The translations under genes and the position numbers were made by a program. DNA of 43,697 nt from Tubiluchus corallicola (taxonomy: Eukaryota > Animalia > Priapulida). Under the pieces are notes generated by a model. That model was given only the letters and a program-made list of their open reading frames with translations, ran no database searches and was not told the DNA's origin. Below, in pieces: positions 19,766 through 28,630 of the stretch. How positions within the stretch are numbered: the first letter of the stretch is position 1; each line of letters begins with the position of its first letter. The stretch spans positions 231,793 to 275,489 of the forward strand of contig JAQGDQ010000270.1 of the NCBI GenBank assembly GCA_030141605.1, given 5' to 3'.

Positions 19766-20202
19766 TCCAGTAGCAAGCAAGTATGACGTTTATCTTAGGT
19801 TAGCTTCTTCCATACAGGTAATTTTGAGCTATTCCGATCTCCCATCATAGCCTATAAAGTTTTACATGAAAGCTACAGCAAATCCTTGCAGTTCAAGACA
19901 CAATAATTTTTTTGGTTTTTGCCTTTATGTTGTTTATGTTTGATAGGCTGAGTTTGAATTTATGGGTGGCTATTTAGGTTAATACTTGTTTGTTTATGTT
20001 TGGCGCACTGTGCCCAACAGGTGTGTGTACTGAATGGTTATGATGCCGTCTCAAAGTTATTTTAGGCTGCGCCTGTCGACTTTTCATTCAGTGTACGCGT
20101 GAGTTTGTAGGTAATGCCTAAGTCTTAATATCTCAGTTTATTTTGATTTGTACAAGTGTAAATAAGTAGTTGCCTTCATAATAATAAATATGATTATAAT
20201 AA

Positions 20203-20399
20203 ATGAAGTCTTCGACATTACACAAAATATTGACAAAGGATGGTTGGTATCCTGTTTCTCAAAAAGGTTCTCATATAAAAATGAGACATAATGAAAACCT
20301 GGACAGATTATCTTTCCTAATCATGGCAGTCAGGAGCTTGGTAAGGGGCTTGAGAAGAAGATTCTTAGAGATGCAGGAATAAAATTAGAGACAGATTAA
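20203..20399 (+). pseudogene. hicA: HicA toxin, frameshifted
   Basis: MKSSTLHKILTKDGWYPVSQKGSHIKMRHNE/PGQIIFPNHGSQELGKGLEKKILRDAGI; 197 nt, one base missing at GAAAACCT near 20293. Confidence 0.85.
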
Positions 20400-20420
20400 A
20401 ACTGAAGAGGATAAAAAAAT

Positions 20421-20544
20421 ATGAAGAAAAAGATCACTATCACTATTGAAAAAACAGATACTGGATTTTCAGCGTTTTGCGATGATTATTCTATATATAC
20501 AACTGGTCGTACAATACCAGAGTTGATTGATAACTCCTTTGAAG
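20421..20544 (+). pseudogene. hicB: HicB-type antitoxin, 5' fragment cut by IS
   Basis: MKKKITITIEKTDTGFSAFCDDYSIYTTGRTIPELIDNSFE, then the IS end. Confidence 0.8.
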
Positions 20545-22105
20545 TGTAAATCTTCAGCTTAATTCGGACAAATTGGTTTAAAAATTAAGAGAGACATTTC
20601 TTAAATTATAACCAATAAAAACGAGTAAGATTAAGGCAAAAAAACAGACTACCGAACAAAAGGTAAAAGAGATTAAGAGACACCCGAGGAAGAAGTATTC
20701 AGCTGAAGAAAAAATCAGGATTGTACTAGAGGGCATGCGTGGCGAATATAGCATTGCCGAGTTATGCCGAAAAGAAGGCATCAACGCGAACCTTTGTTAC
20801 AAGTGGAGTAAAGATTTTATGGAAGCTGGCAAAAAACGCCTTGCAGGTGACATTAAGCGGGAAGCTACATCGGGCGAAGTAAACGGTTTAAAGAACGAGA
20901 ACCACGACCTAAAGCAGTTTGTAGCAGAGCTGAGTTTGGAAGTACGCATGCTTAAAAAAAAGCTTAACTGGAACCGAGTAACTTATAAATATATGAGACG
21001 AAGCGCCAGTGAAAAGATGGAAATTATCCGTATTGTTCAAGATTCGGAATTCGGAGTTAAGCGCACACTTGAAGAGCTTGACATCAGCCGAAGTACCTTT
21101 TACGAGTGGTACAAACGCTTCCTTGAGGGAGGATATGATGCACTCAAGCCCAAGCCGGTAAAACGCAAAAAGTTTTGGAACAAGATATCCAACAAAGAAC
21201 GAGAACTGGTTTTAGACACCGCTTTGTAACGTACAGACTTATCGCCTAGGGAACTAGCCCACCACATCACCGACCATCAAAAGTGGTTTATCAGCGAAAC
21301 CAGCGTATATCGGATTCTCAAAGAGCAAGTGCTAATCACATCTCCTGCGTGGCTTTTAATGGCTGCATCCGATGATTTTAAAGATAAGACCACGCGTGTG
21401 CACCAGCAATGGCAAACCGATTTCACCTACTTAAAAATCATTGGATGGGGCTGGTATTATTTGGCTACCGTAATGGACGATTATTCAAGGTATATCGTCA
21501 CCTGGGAGCTTTGCCAAAGCATTGAGTCGGCCGATGCCAAGCATGTTATTCAAAAGGCTTTACATACGGCCAAAATACCTGCAGGCGATTGTCCCAGGTT
21601 GCTCTCCGATAATGGAGCGTGCTACATATCAAACGAGTTTCAAAGCTTTTTAAAAGACACCAAAATGGGACATTTACGTGTAGCCCCATACCACCCTCAA
21701 ACACAAGGGAAAATTGAGCGTTACCACCGCACCATGAAAAATCAGGTAAAGTTGGATAACTACTACTTTCCTGATGAACTAATGACGGTTCTACAGGAGT
21801 TTGTATATAATTACAACAACCACCGGTATCATGAATCACTCAAGAATGTTACACCTGCCGACGTGTATTTTGGAAGGCAAAAACAGTTACTGGGCAATCG
21901 TGAAAACATTAAAATAAAAACGCTAAATGAAAGAAGAAAAAGGAATCAGAAAATCGCAGTGTATCACTTTTGATTTATTGAAAACTCTGCGAGTTTCGAA
22001 CAAGTCAACAGTGAATTATCATCACCATAAAAAAGAGAATTTGAATTATAAAACTATCTCTTAACTTTAAGCATCAATTTGTCCAATAAGTTTTGAAGTT
22101 AAACA
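20545..22105 (+). mobile_element. IS3-family insertion sequence (1561 bp), inactivated
   Basis: Imperfect terminal IRs TGTAAATCTTCAGCTTAATTCGGACAAATTG / TGTTTAACTTCAAAACTTATTGGACAAATTG; no target duplication. Confidence 0.93.
20621..21973 (+). pseudogene. IS3-family transposase OrfA/OrfB pseudogene
   Basis: KYSAEEKIRIVLEGMRGEYSIAELCRKEGI HTH; DDE core WQTDFT, SDNG, QGKIER; ACG at the expected start; in-frame TAA at 21227. Confidence 0.9.
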
Positions 22106-23228
22106 CTCTTACGATTCAGAAAATGAAACTTTTCAGGCGCTAAAATTAGATTTAGGTATATCTCAACCGGTATATGCGTCACAGAAGGATATTTATACAG
22201 ATATGTTGGCAACATTGGAGGATGCTGCAGGCAAACTCGATGTAAATGAGGGTAGCGTTATGCCTGGTGGAGACCTGATGTATGGTGGTGATGTAGAGCA
22301 GTGGAAAAGGTTTGCTCACTCACTCAGGTTACGGTTTGCTGTACAGATAAGGGCAAAAGTGCCGGATATTGCAGATCCTGTAATAGATGAGTTGAAGGAT
22401 GGTACGAAACTGCTTCAGAGCAATGATGATAACGCGGGTGTGATGTTTGTTGATGATGACAGGAATGGAGCACCTATGCATCTTGCTTATTTTGTCAATA
22501 ATAGAGAAGATTTTACACTTACAATAAATTTTGTAGAGTTGTTGCAGGGGAAAAATTATTATCATAACGGCGATGTGGAAAATCCTTTTTATGGGATTAC
22601 TGATCCCAGGTTGGCAAGATTTATGGAAGAGGGGAAGAGCGGAGGTTATGCACCTATGCCATACGGTGCTCCGGGAAAGATCCAGGAGATAACAGATGAG
22701 GAGTCTATTCCCAGTAAAGAGAATGTGCTACAGCGTGATGCAACTGAGTATCTGATGGAGTACTCCGAAGTGTGCTTTTTATTGTCGGAGGTTAATAGCA
22801 AAGATGAAGCTTTATATAAAGATGGTGTACGGGCATCAATGGAGAGATGGGGCGTGGAAGAGTCTGATATTGATGATTATTTGGGCAATCTGCCTATAGG
22901 AGGAACCCTCACGGATGATGAGTTATACACTCAAATGTATACATCGTTTTTCAGAATATCGTTGCAGGGGTGGAATGTTTACAGACGTACAGGATATCCT
23001 GAAAGCTTAGTGAAGCAGGGAGACCCTATTTATGAGTATGAAGATGGTGGAGAAGTGAAAGTTATAACGTTTACTTCGGTAGCAGGAGACATTGATGAGG
23101 TTCCGAGGAGAATCAAGTATGCGTTGGATGAGCGGACGTTGAATGGAGCAAACTGGAAAGAGGCATCTAATAAGATGGGGAGAGGAGACCACATGTTGTC
23201 AAGGTTTTGGTGGGATGTGGAGTTGTAG
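22106..23228 (+). pseudogene. SusD/RagB family lipoprotein, 3' part only
   Basis: Open frame from the IS junction: SYDSENETFQALK..PVYASQKDIYTDML..DLMYGGDVEQWKRFAHSLRLR..WNVYRRTGYP..VPRRIKY..FWWD. Confidence 0.9.
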
Positions 23229-23271
23229 GTAGCTGTAGAGAAGTAGATTTTATTATGATGATACTATATAG

Positions 23272-23320
23272 GGGGAGATACTTTTGTAAGTGAAGCAAAA
23301 GTATCTCCCCTTTATTTTTT
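23272..23320 (+). terminator. Intrinsic terminator
   Basis: GGGGAGATACTTTTG / CAAAAGTATCTCCCC stem followed by TTTATTTTTT. Confidence 0.88.
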
Positions 23321-23333
23321 ATAGCACTATCTC

Positions 23334-23665
23334 ATAAAAAGCTGGCGAGACAACTGGGAAGACCTAACCGTATTCTTTGAGTTTTCACTGGAAATCAGAA
23401 AGATAATTTATACAACCAACCTGATTGAGAACCTCAACGGAAAAATCAGAAAATACAAAAAACAAACTTTCATTCCCGTCAGACCAGGCTGTAATGAAAT
23501 CTGTATTTTTGGCAACCAGAGAAGCAACTAAAAAATGTTCAATGCCAATCAGGAACTGGGGCATTGTCTTGAATCAGTTCTTAGTTATATTTGAAAAAAG
23601 GGTCCAGCTATAAACAGCCAAACCCTCGGTGTTTTTTTAGTTTACACACTTTGTGAAACAGTGTC
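23334..23665 (+). mobile_element. IS256-family remnant: frameshifted transposase C-terminus and right end
   Basis: [61 protein letters not shown]; end TTTACACACTTTGTGAAACAGTGTC. Confidence 0.88.
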
Positions 23666-23669
23666 TTTT

Positions 23670-24674
23670 TTATATTTCCTTCAGAGTTGCAGCCATAACG
23701 GCCTTTATTGTGTGCATACGATTTTCCGCTTGTGGAAAGACAATTGAGCGCTCAGATTCAAATACCTCTTCTGACACCTCCATACCATCCAGTCCATATT
23801 TTTGATACACCTCTTCTCCTATTTTTGTTTCGCGGTTGTGAAAAGCTGGCAGGCAGTGCATAAATTTCACATCTGGATTTTCTGAAAGCTCAATTGTGTT
23901 TTTGTTTATTTGGTATGGTTTTAGCAGCTCTATGCGTTTGTTCCACACTTCAGCGGATTCACCCATTGAGACCCATACGTCACTATATAGAAAGTCGCAC
24001 CCTTTAACACTTTCTTCTACGTTATCTTTTATGGTAATTTTTGCTCCTGTGTTGGTAGCTATTTCCCTGCACGCTTTTATTAGTTTCTCCTCAGGCTGGT
24101 TTTGTTTTGGTGCGCAGAGGCGCACATCCATGCCCAGTTTAGCGCCACCAATCAGTAGAGAGTTTCCCATGTTGTTTCTTGCATCGCCCAAGAAGCAGTA
24201 GGATATATCGCTGAGCGCTTTGTCTGAGTGTTCTGTCATAGTAAGTATATCCGCGAGTATCTGTGTGGGGTGGAATTCATCGGTTAGCCCATTCCACACA
24301 GGGACTCCTGCATATTGTGCCAATTCTTCTACAACTGCTTGCCCGTGCCCCCTGTATCCTATTCCATCGTACATACGTCCAAGCACCCTCGCTGTGTCTT
24401 TCATCGATTCTTTATGTCCTATTTGTGAGCCCGATGTGTTAAGGTAAGTAACGTGAGCACCTTGGTCGAAAGCGGCAACTTCAAAGGCACATCTTGTTCT
24501 TGTTGATGGTTTTTCAAATATGAGAGCGATGTTCTTCCCTTTTAACAGTTGTTTTTCACGCTTGTTGTATTTCGCATTTTTAAGTTTCTTCGACAGGTCG
24601 AGGAGGGATAGAATTTCTTCGGGGGTAAAGTCAAGTAGTTTTAAAAAGCTCTTGTTTTTAAGGTTAGATGCCAT
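23670..24674 (-). CDS. argF: Ornithine carbamoyltransferase (start refined to MASNLKN)
   Basis: [23 protein letters not shown]. Confidence 0.96.
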   Translation of the reverse strand: MASNLKNKSFLKLLDFTPEEILSLLDLSKKLKNAKYNKREKQLLKGKNIALIFEKPSTRTRCAFEVAAFDQGAHVTYLNTSGSQIGHKESMKDTARVLGRMYDGIGYRGHGQAVVEELAQYAGVPVWNGLTDEFHPTQILADILTMTEHSDKALSDISYCFLGDARNNMGNSLLIGGAKLGMDVRLCAPKQNQPEEKLIKACREIATNTGAKITIKDNVEESVKGCDFLYSDVWVSMGESAEVWNKRIELLKPYQINKNTIELSENPDVKFMHCLPAFHNRETKIGEEVYQKYGLDGMEVSEEVFESERSIVFPQAENRMHTIKAVMAATLKEI

Positions 24675-24900
24675 GCTCAATGTTTTTATTTTAAATTGTG
24701 AGGTCTTTGCGAGGCTCATCCGTTTATTAATATTTTAGCTAAGATTCTTTTTAAAATATTTACTCGTGAGCGGGCTGAAAGTCTTTATTGGTTATTTTTA
24801 GTGCGAACCAGTTTTTTTCGTTTTGCAAAGGCTTCAATGTAATGTTTTTATTTATGTTATTAGCAAATTTACAAATTTTACATATACGAGTAACAATTTT

Positions 24901-25917
24901 CTATTCAACTATAATGGAGTTAAATCCGGAAGTGTAGTAAGTTCTGTTTTCTCCATTTTCACCGGAGTAGATAAAGTATGCGTCAAGCGATGCTGTATTT
25001 TCCGTTATTGCTATTGCTTTTTCGAGTCCCAAAACCATAAATGCGGTGGCAAATGCATCTGCTGTTATGCAGTCATCTGCAATGACCGATGCACTCAAAA
25101 GGTTGTGCTGTACCGGGTATCCATTTCTGGGGTCAATGGTGTGGGCATATTTTTTTCCATCTTCAACATAGAAGTTACGATAGTTGCCAGATGTTGCTAA
25201 TCCCTTGTTTTTTAATTTAATAATAGCTTGTAAGTCTTGTTGGATAAACGGAGTGTTTTCCTCCGGCTTGTTTATCCCTATTCTCCATGTTCTTCCTTGT
25301 TTGTTAACGCCACGTGCTATGATTTCCCCGCCAATTTCCACAATATAATTTATGCATCCTGCCGAGAGTAGAAAGTTTGCTACTACATCAACAGCCTGGC
25401 CTTTGGCAATGGCACTGGCATCAAGCATTGTCATAGGGTTGTCTTTTTGTATGGTATCTCCCGCCAATCTCACTTTTTTGTATCCAACATGCTTCAAGAG
25501 GCTGTCTATTAGAGATGTAGATATATTTTTTCTACGTTCGAAGCCAAATCCCCAGGCATTCACCAAAGGCGCAACTGTTATGTCAAATGCTCCGTCTGTT
25601 TGTTTAGACACTTCCGCAGCTTTAAGAAAGCATTTTCTAAAAAAGAGGTCTGTTTTTACTCCCGGCTCATTTTTGTTAATTCTGGATATTATGCTGTTAG
25701 GGTTAAACGTGGAAAGGGAGTTGTCAAAGCGGTTCATCTCCTTTTTGATACCTTGGTGCAGATCTTTGCCATCAGGGCTTTCGTAGCTTATTTGGTATAT
25801 GGTTCCGTAGATCGCTCCACTATTATGTATATAGTTGCTTTTGCTTTGTAGGGAGCAGAAGTTTGTAAGTAGTAAAAGAGCGGGGAGAGCAGCAGACAGG
25901 GGGAAAAACTTTCTCAT
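24901..25917 (-). CDS. apbE: FAD:protein FMN transferase
   Basis: DASAIAKG, VEIGGE, ATSGNYRNF, HTIDP, ADAFATA. Confidence 0.95.
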   Translation of the reverse strand: MRKFFPLSAALPALLLLTNFCSLQSKSNYIHNSGAIYGTIYQISYESPDGKDLHQGIKKEMNRFDNSLSTFNPNSIISRINKNEPGVKTDLFFRKCFLKAAEVSKQTDGAFDITVAPLVNAWGFGFERRKNISTSLIDSLLKHVGYKKVRLAGDTIQKDNPMTMLDASAIAKGQAVDVVANFLLSAGCINYIVEIGGEIIARGVNKQGRTWRIGINKPEENTPFIQQDLQAIIKLKNKGLATSGNYRNFYVEDGKKYAHTIDPRNGYPVQHNLLSASVIADDCITADAFATAFMVLGLEKAIAITENTASLDAYFIYSGENGENRTYYTSGFNSIIVE

Positions 25918-25978
25918 AATGTTGTTTAAAGTTTATTGAAGAGCCAAATTTAGCACATTTGGCTTTTTCCCCAATATT

Positions 25979-26827
25979 TCAGCGAGGTAGAGCCATGCTG
26001 ATTTTTTTGCGCAGCCTTGCCAGCTGTTTATCTTCGATATCTCCTGTTGCACCGATCAGATATTTGCCTTTCCACTTTATTTTTACTGTTCCGTTGAAAG
26101 GGTCTTCGATTGTAAAAGTTCCCTCTTTTACTTTTTTCAGTTCTGTACTTGTAAATTCATGATATTTTTTAACAACTTCTGCAATAGCCTCAGAGTTTTT
26201 TCTCTTTATAATGAACACTGTGTATTCGTCTTTATCACCGGATGTGTATTTTGCGCGGTATGCTGACCCCAGAAATCCAAATCCCATAAAGTTTTCGGAG
26301 ATATACTGGCGCGAGTTTGTTACAAGTCCTTTAGAGGGGAAAGCGTCAATGACGGGAGGCATGCCAGGGTTATTGCACAACTTAGGAGCAAGTTCTCTGG
26401 CTAATCCGGGGAGAAGTTCATTTTCGGCATTTTCTACGCCGTGTGTCATAATTTTCACATAGTATCTGCCTGTAACAAAATTGAGAGTGCTGCTATCACT
26501 GTATCCTTGTAGCCCGAAAGCTTTTGTTTTGGCTTTTGATGGGCGTTCCATGCTGTATATGCCATATGCGTGAACGCTATCTCCATGGTCATAAACCTCA
26601 ATGGTAAGTTCGGACTCTTCTTTTTTAAATGACGCGACATGAAGCTCTTCGAAGTTGTAGCTAAAGTAAAACTCTGAGGCACCGTTTATATGGTCAAACA
26701 GGTTGTCTTTGTTAAATGTTTTAGCTTTTCGGTCCTGTTCCCACCCTTCGGGTTTTGTGAAGTTGATCTGTTGCGCTACAGAGATGTATGTGCTGAAGGC
26801 AAAGAACATAAAAAGGATGTGTTTCAT
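25979..26827 (-). CDS. Exported protein, DUF6599-like
   Basis: Signal peptide; NLFDHINGASEFYFSYNFEEL, TIEVYDHG..AYGIYSMER pattern. Confidence 0.6.
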   Translation of the reverse strand: MKHILFMFFAFSTYISVAQQINFTKPEGWEQDRKAKTFNKDNLFDHINGASEFYFSYNFEELHVASFKKEESELTIEVYDHGDSVHAYGIYSMERPSKAKTKAFGLQGYSDSSTLNFVTGRYYVKIMTHGVENAENELLPGLARELAPKLCNNPGMPPVIDAFPSKGLVTNSRQYISENFMGFGFLGSAYRAKYTSGDKDEYTVFIIKRKNSEAIAEVVKKYHEFTSTELKKVKEGTFTIEDPFNGTVKIKWKGKYLIGATGDIEDKQLARLRKKISMALPR

Positions 26828-26883
26828 ATTTTCAATTCACTTTTTACTTGTTTTTATTAATGTCAGGGATGCCGTTTGGTTTT

Positions 26884-28056
26884 TTATACCAGGAAGTCAG
26901 CCGGAACATTTTGTATTCTTGCGATATTCGTTATCCTCTCTTTAACGTTAATTTTCCCAGGACAGCTCACCTTACATTTGTCACACCCCCTGCATGGGTT
27001 TTGGTCGATGTTTAGCGATGCAACTGTTCCGTGTGCCTTAGCAGGATCAGAGTATCCGTAGTTGTACATGTATGCCCGCATCAGTTCGGGTATCGGCAAG
27101 TGTTTGGTGCACTGCGCTTCGCATGTAAGGCAACTTTTACAAAAGAGTCCTGTTTCGGAGTATGCCAGCTCAAGGTCCTTTTTATCTTGCGTTGTCAGAC
27201 TGGTGTTTTTTGCCACTTCCCAGTTTTCAAGCAGCATTTCATAGTTGCTTATCCCTGGTATTGTTGTGTGTATGTGTTGGTTTGCCAACGCCCATCTAAG
27301 AGCAGCTTTATAGTTTACAGGCTTCTTTTTTTTCTCATCAATGTATCCGCCAGACATAGTTTTCATTGCCACTACACCAATTCCTGCTTTTCCAGCTCTT
27401 TCAATAGCACTGTTTAACGCTTTGTCGTCTTGCAGGTTAAAGTTGTAAGACGTGAGTGCAACATCGTATATTTTGCTGTCTGTGGTTGCATTAATTATTT
27501 TTGCCATGTTTTTGTGAGTAGAGATGCCGGCAAACCGTATTTTCCCACTCTCTTTTGCCAACCTTATAGCTTCGTGGTGGCGCTTGTCATGGACAATATC
27601 TTCATTGTCTACACTGTGAATATAAAAGATATCTACATAGTCCATTTGGAGTCTCTCCAAGCTCACGTCTATAAGTTCCAGAAACTGCCTAGTGTCGATT
27701 CCATTTTCCCCAACTTTTATCTTTGTTGCAACTGTGTAGGACTTCCTTGGCACATCTTTAAGAGCATTGCCCACCATCACTTCATTTTTCCCATTCTGGT
27801 AGCTTTGTGCCGAATCGAAATGCCTGATGCCAATTTTATAAGCTGCTTTTATTATTGTCTCATTATCGGCTTTATAGACCCCCATGCTTATCACCGGAAG
27901 TTCTATTCCCGTTTGTCCGAGGGTACGATATGAGATGTTACTATTCTGTTTTTTACTTTTTGCAGAGGCTATTGAGCTTGTCCCTGTTGCTACTAGGCCA
28001 GCAGCTGCTGCAACTCCTGTCTGGAAGAAGCTTCTTCTATTTACTTTGTTCCCCAT
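26884..28056 (-). CDS. Aldo/keto reductase with twin-arginine leader and C-terminal Fe-S motif
   Basis: NRRSFF; YRTLGQTG, FDSAQSY, SLERLQMDYVD, AMKT; CKSCLTCEAQC and CRGCDKCKVSCP. Confidence 0.9.
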   Translation of the reverse strand: MGNKVNRRSFFQTGVAAAAGLVATGTSSIASAKSKKQNSNISYRTLGQTGIELPVISMGVYKADNETIIKAAYKIGIRHFDSAQSYQNGKNEVMVGNALKDVPRKSYTVATKIKVGENGIDTRQFLELIDVSLERLQMDYVDIFYIHSVDNEDIVHDKRHHEAIRLAKESGKIRFAGISTHKNMAKIINATTDSKIYDVALTSYNFNLQDDKALNSAIERAGKAGIGVVAMKTMSGGYIDEKKKKPVNYKAALRWALANQHIHTTIPGISNYEMLLENWEVAKNTSLTTQDKKDLELAYSETGLFCKSCLTCEAQCTKHLPIPELMRAYMYNYGYSDPAKAHGTVASLNIDQNPCRGCDKCKVSCPGKINVKERITNIARIQNVPADFLV

Positions 28057-28322
28057 GGTCGCTAAAATTTAGATTGAGCGTTTCTTAAAGTTTATTTTTT
28101 TATAGTTTTTTTTGTCAAAAGTTTTTTCTACTCCCGGTATACGCAGTAAGTTGTAGTTTTTCATCAATTTCTCCCTCCTTCAGTTTCTTTTGGCTTGCAA
28201 AAAGCCCGGGTGTTTGTCATTTGCCAAATATATAATGACATAGAAAGGTGAAGGTACGATTTTTTTTTTACCTGTGGAGATTTTGCTATGAAATTGCAAA
28301 GTTTACAAATGCTTTGGGGTGC

Positions 28323-28486
28323 TTGTAAGGTTCATCTGATTTTGACTTGCCGATTTTCCTATCATAATCTGCAAGGTTTTGCACGGAAGTTGCAATAATT
28401 CTTGCAATTTAGGTTATGACAATTTGTTGTGGTTAATTCTATATTGCTAATATTAAATAAGTTGAGTTTGATTTAAGGAGCAGCTG
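28323..28486 (+). repeat. Dispersed repeat, part B, copy 3
   Basis: Colinear with 3077-3240. Confidence 0.85.
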
Positions 28487-28630
28487 ATTAATGTTTGTGA
28501 TAGATGATTTGCATTTTATTGGGGAGCTATACAATAGCTTAATATTTTATGTTTTTTAACAACTTTTAATATATACAATTTTTTCTGTTTTTCTCGTTTA
28601 ATCTTACAAGTGAGTATTATAATTAAACCT

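Noticed and set aside
28069-28164. 31-aa Lys-rich minus-strand uORF (MKNYNLLRIPGVEK...) upstream of the aldo/keto reductase
   Set aside because: Low-complexity A-rich DNA easily gives such frames, and nothing else supports it.
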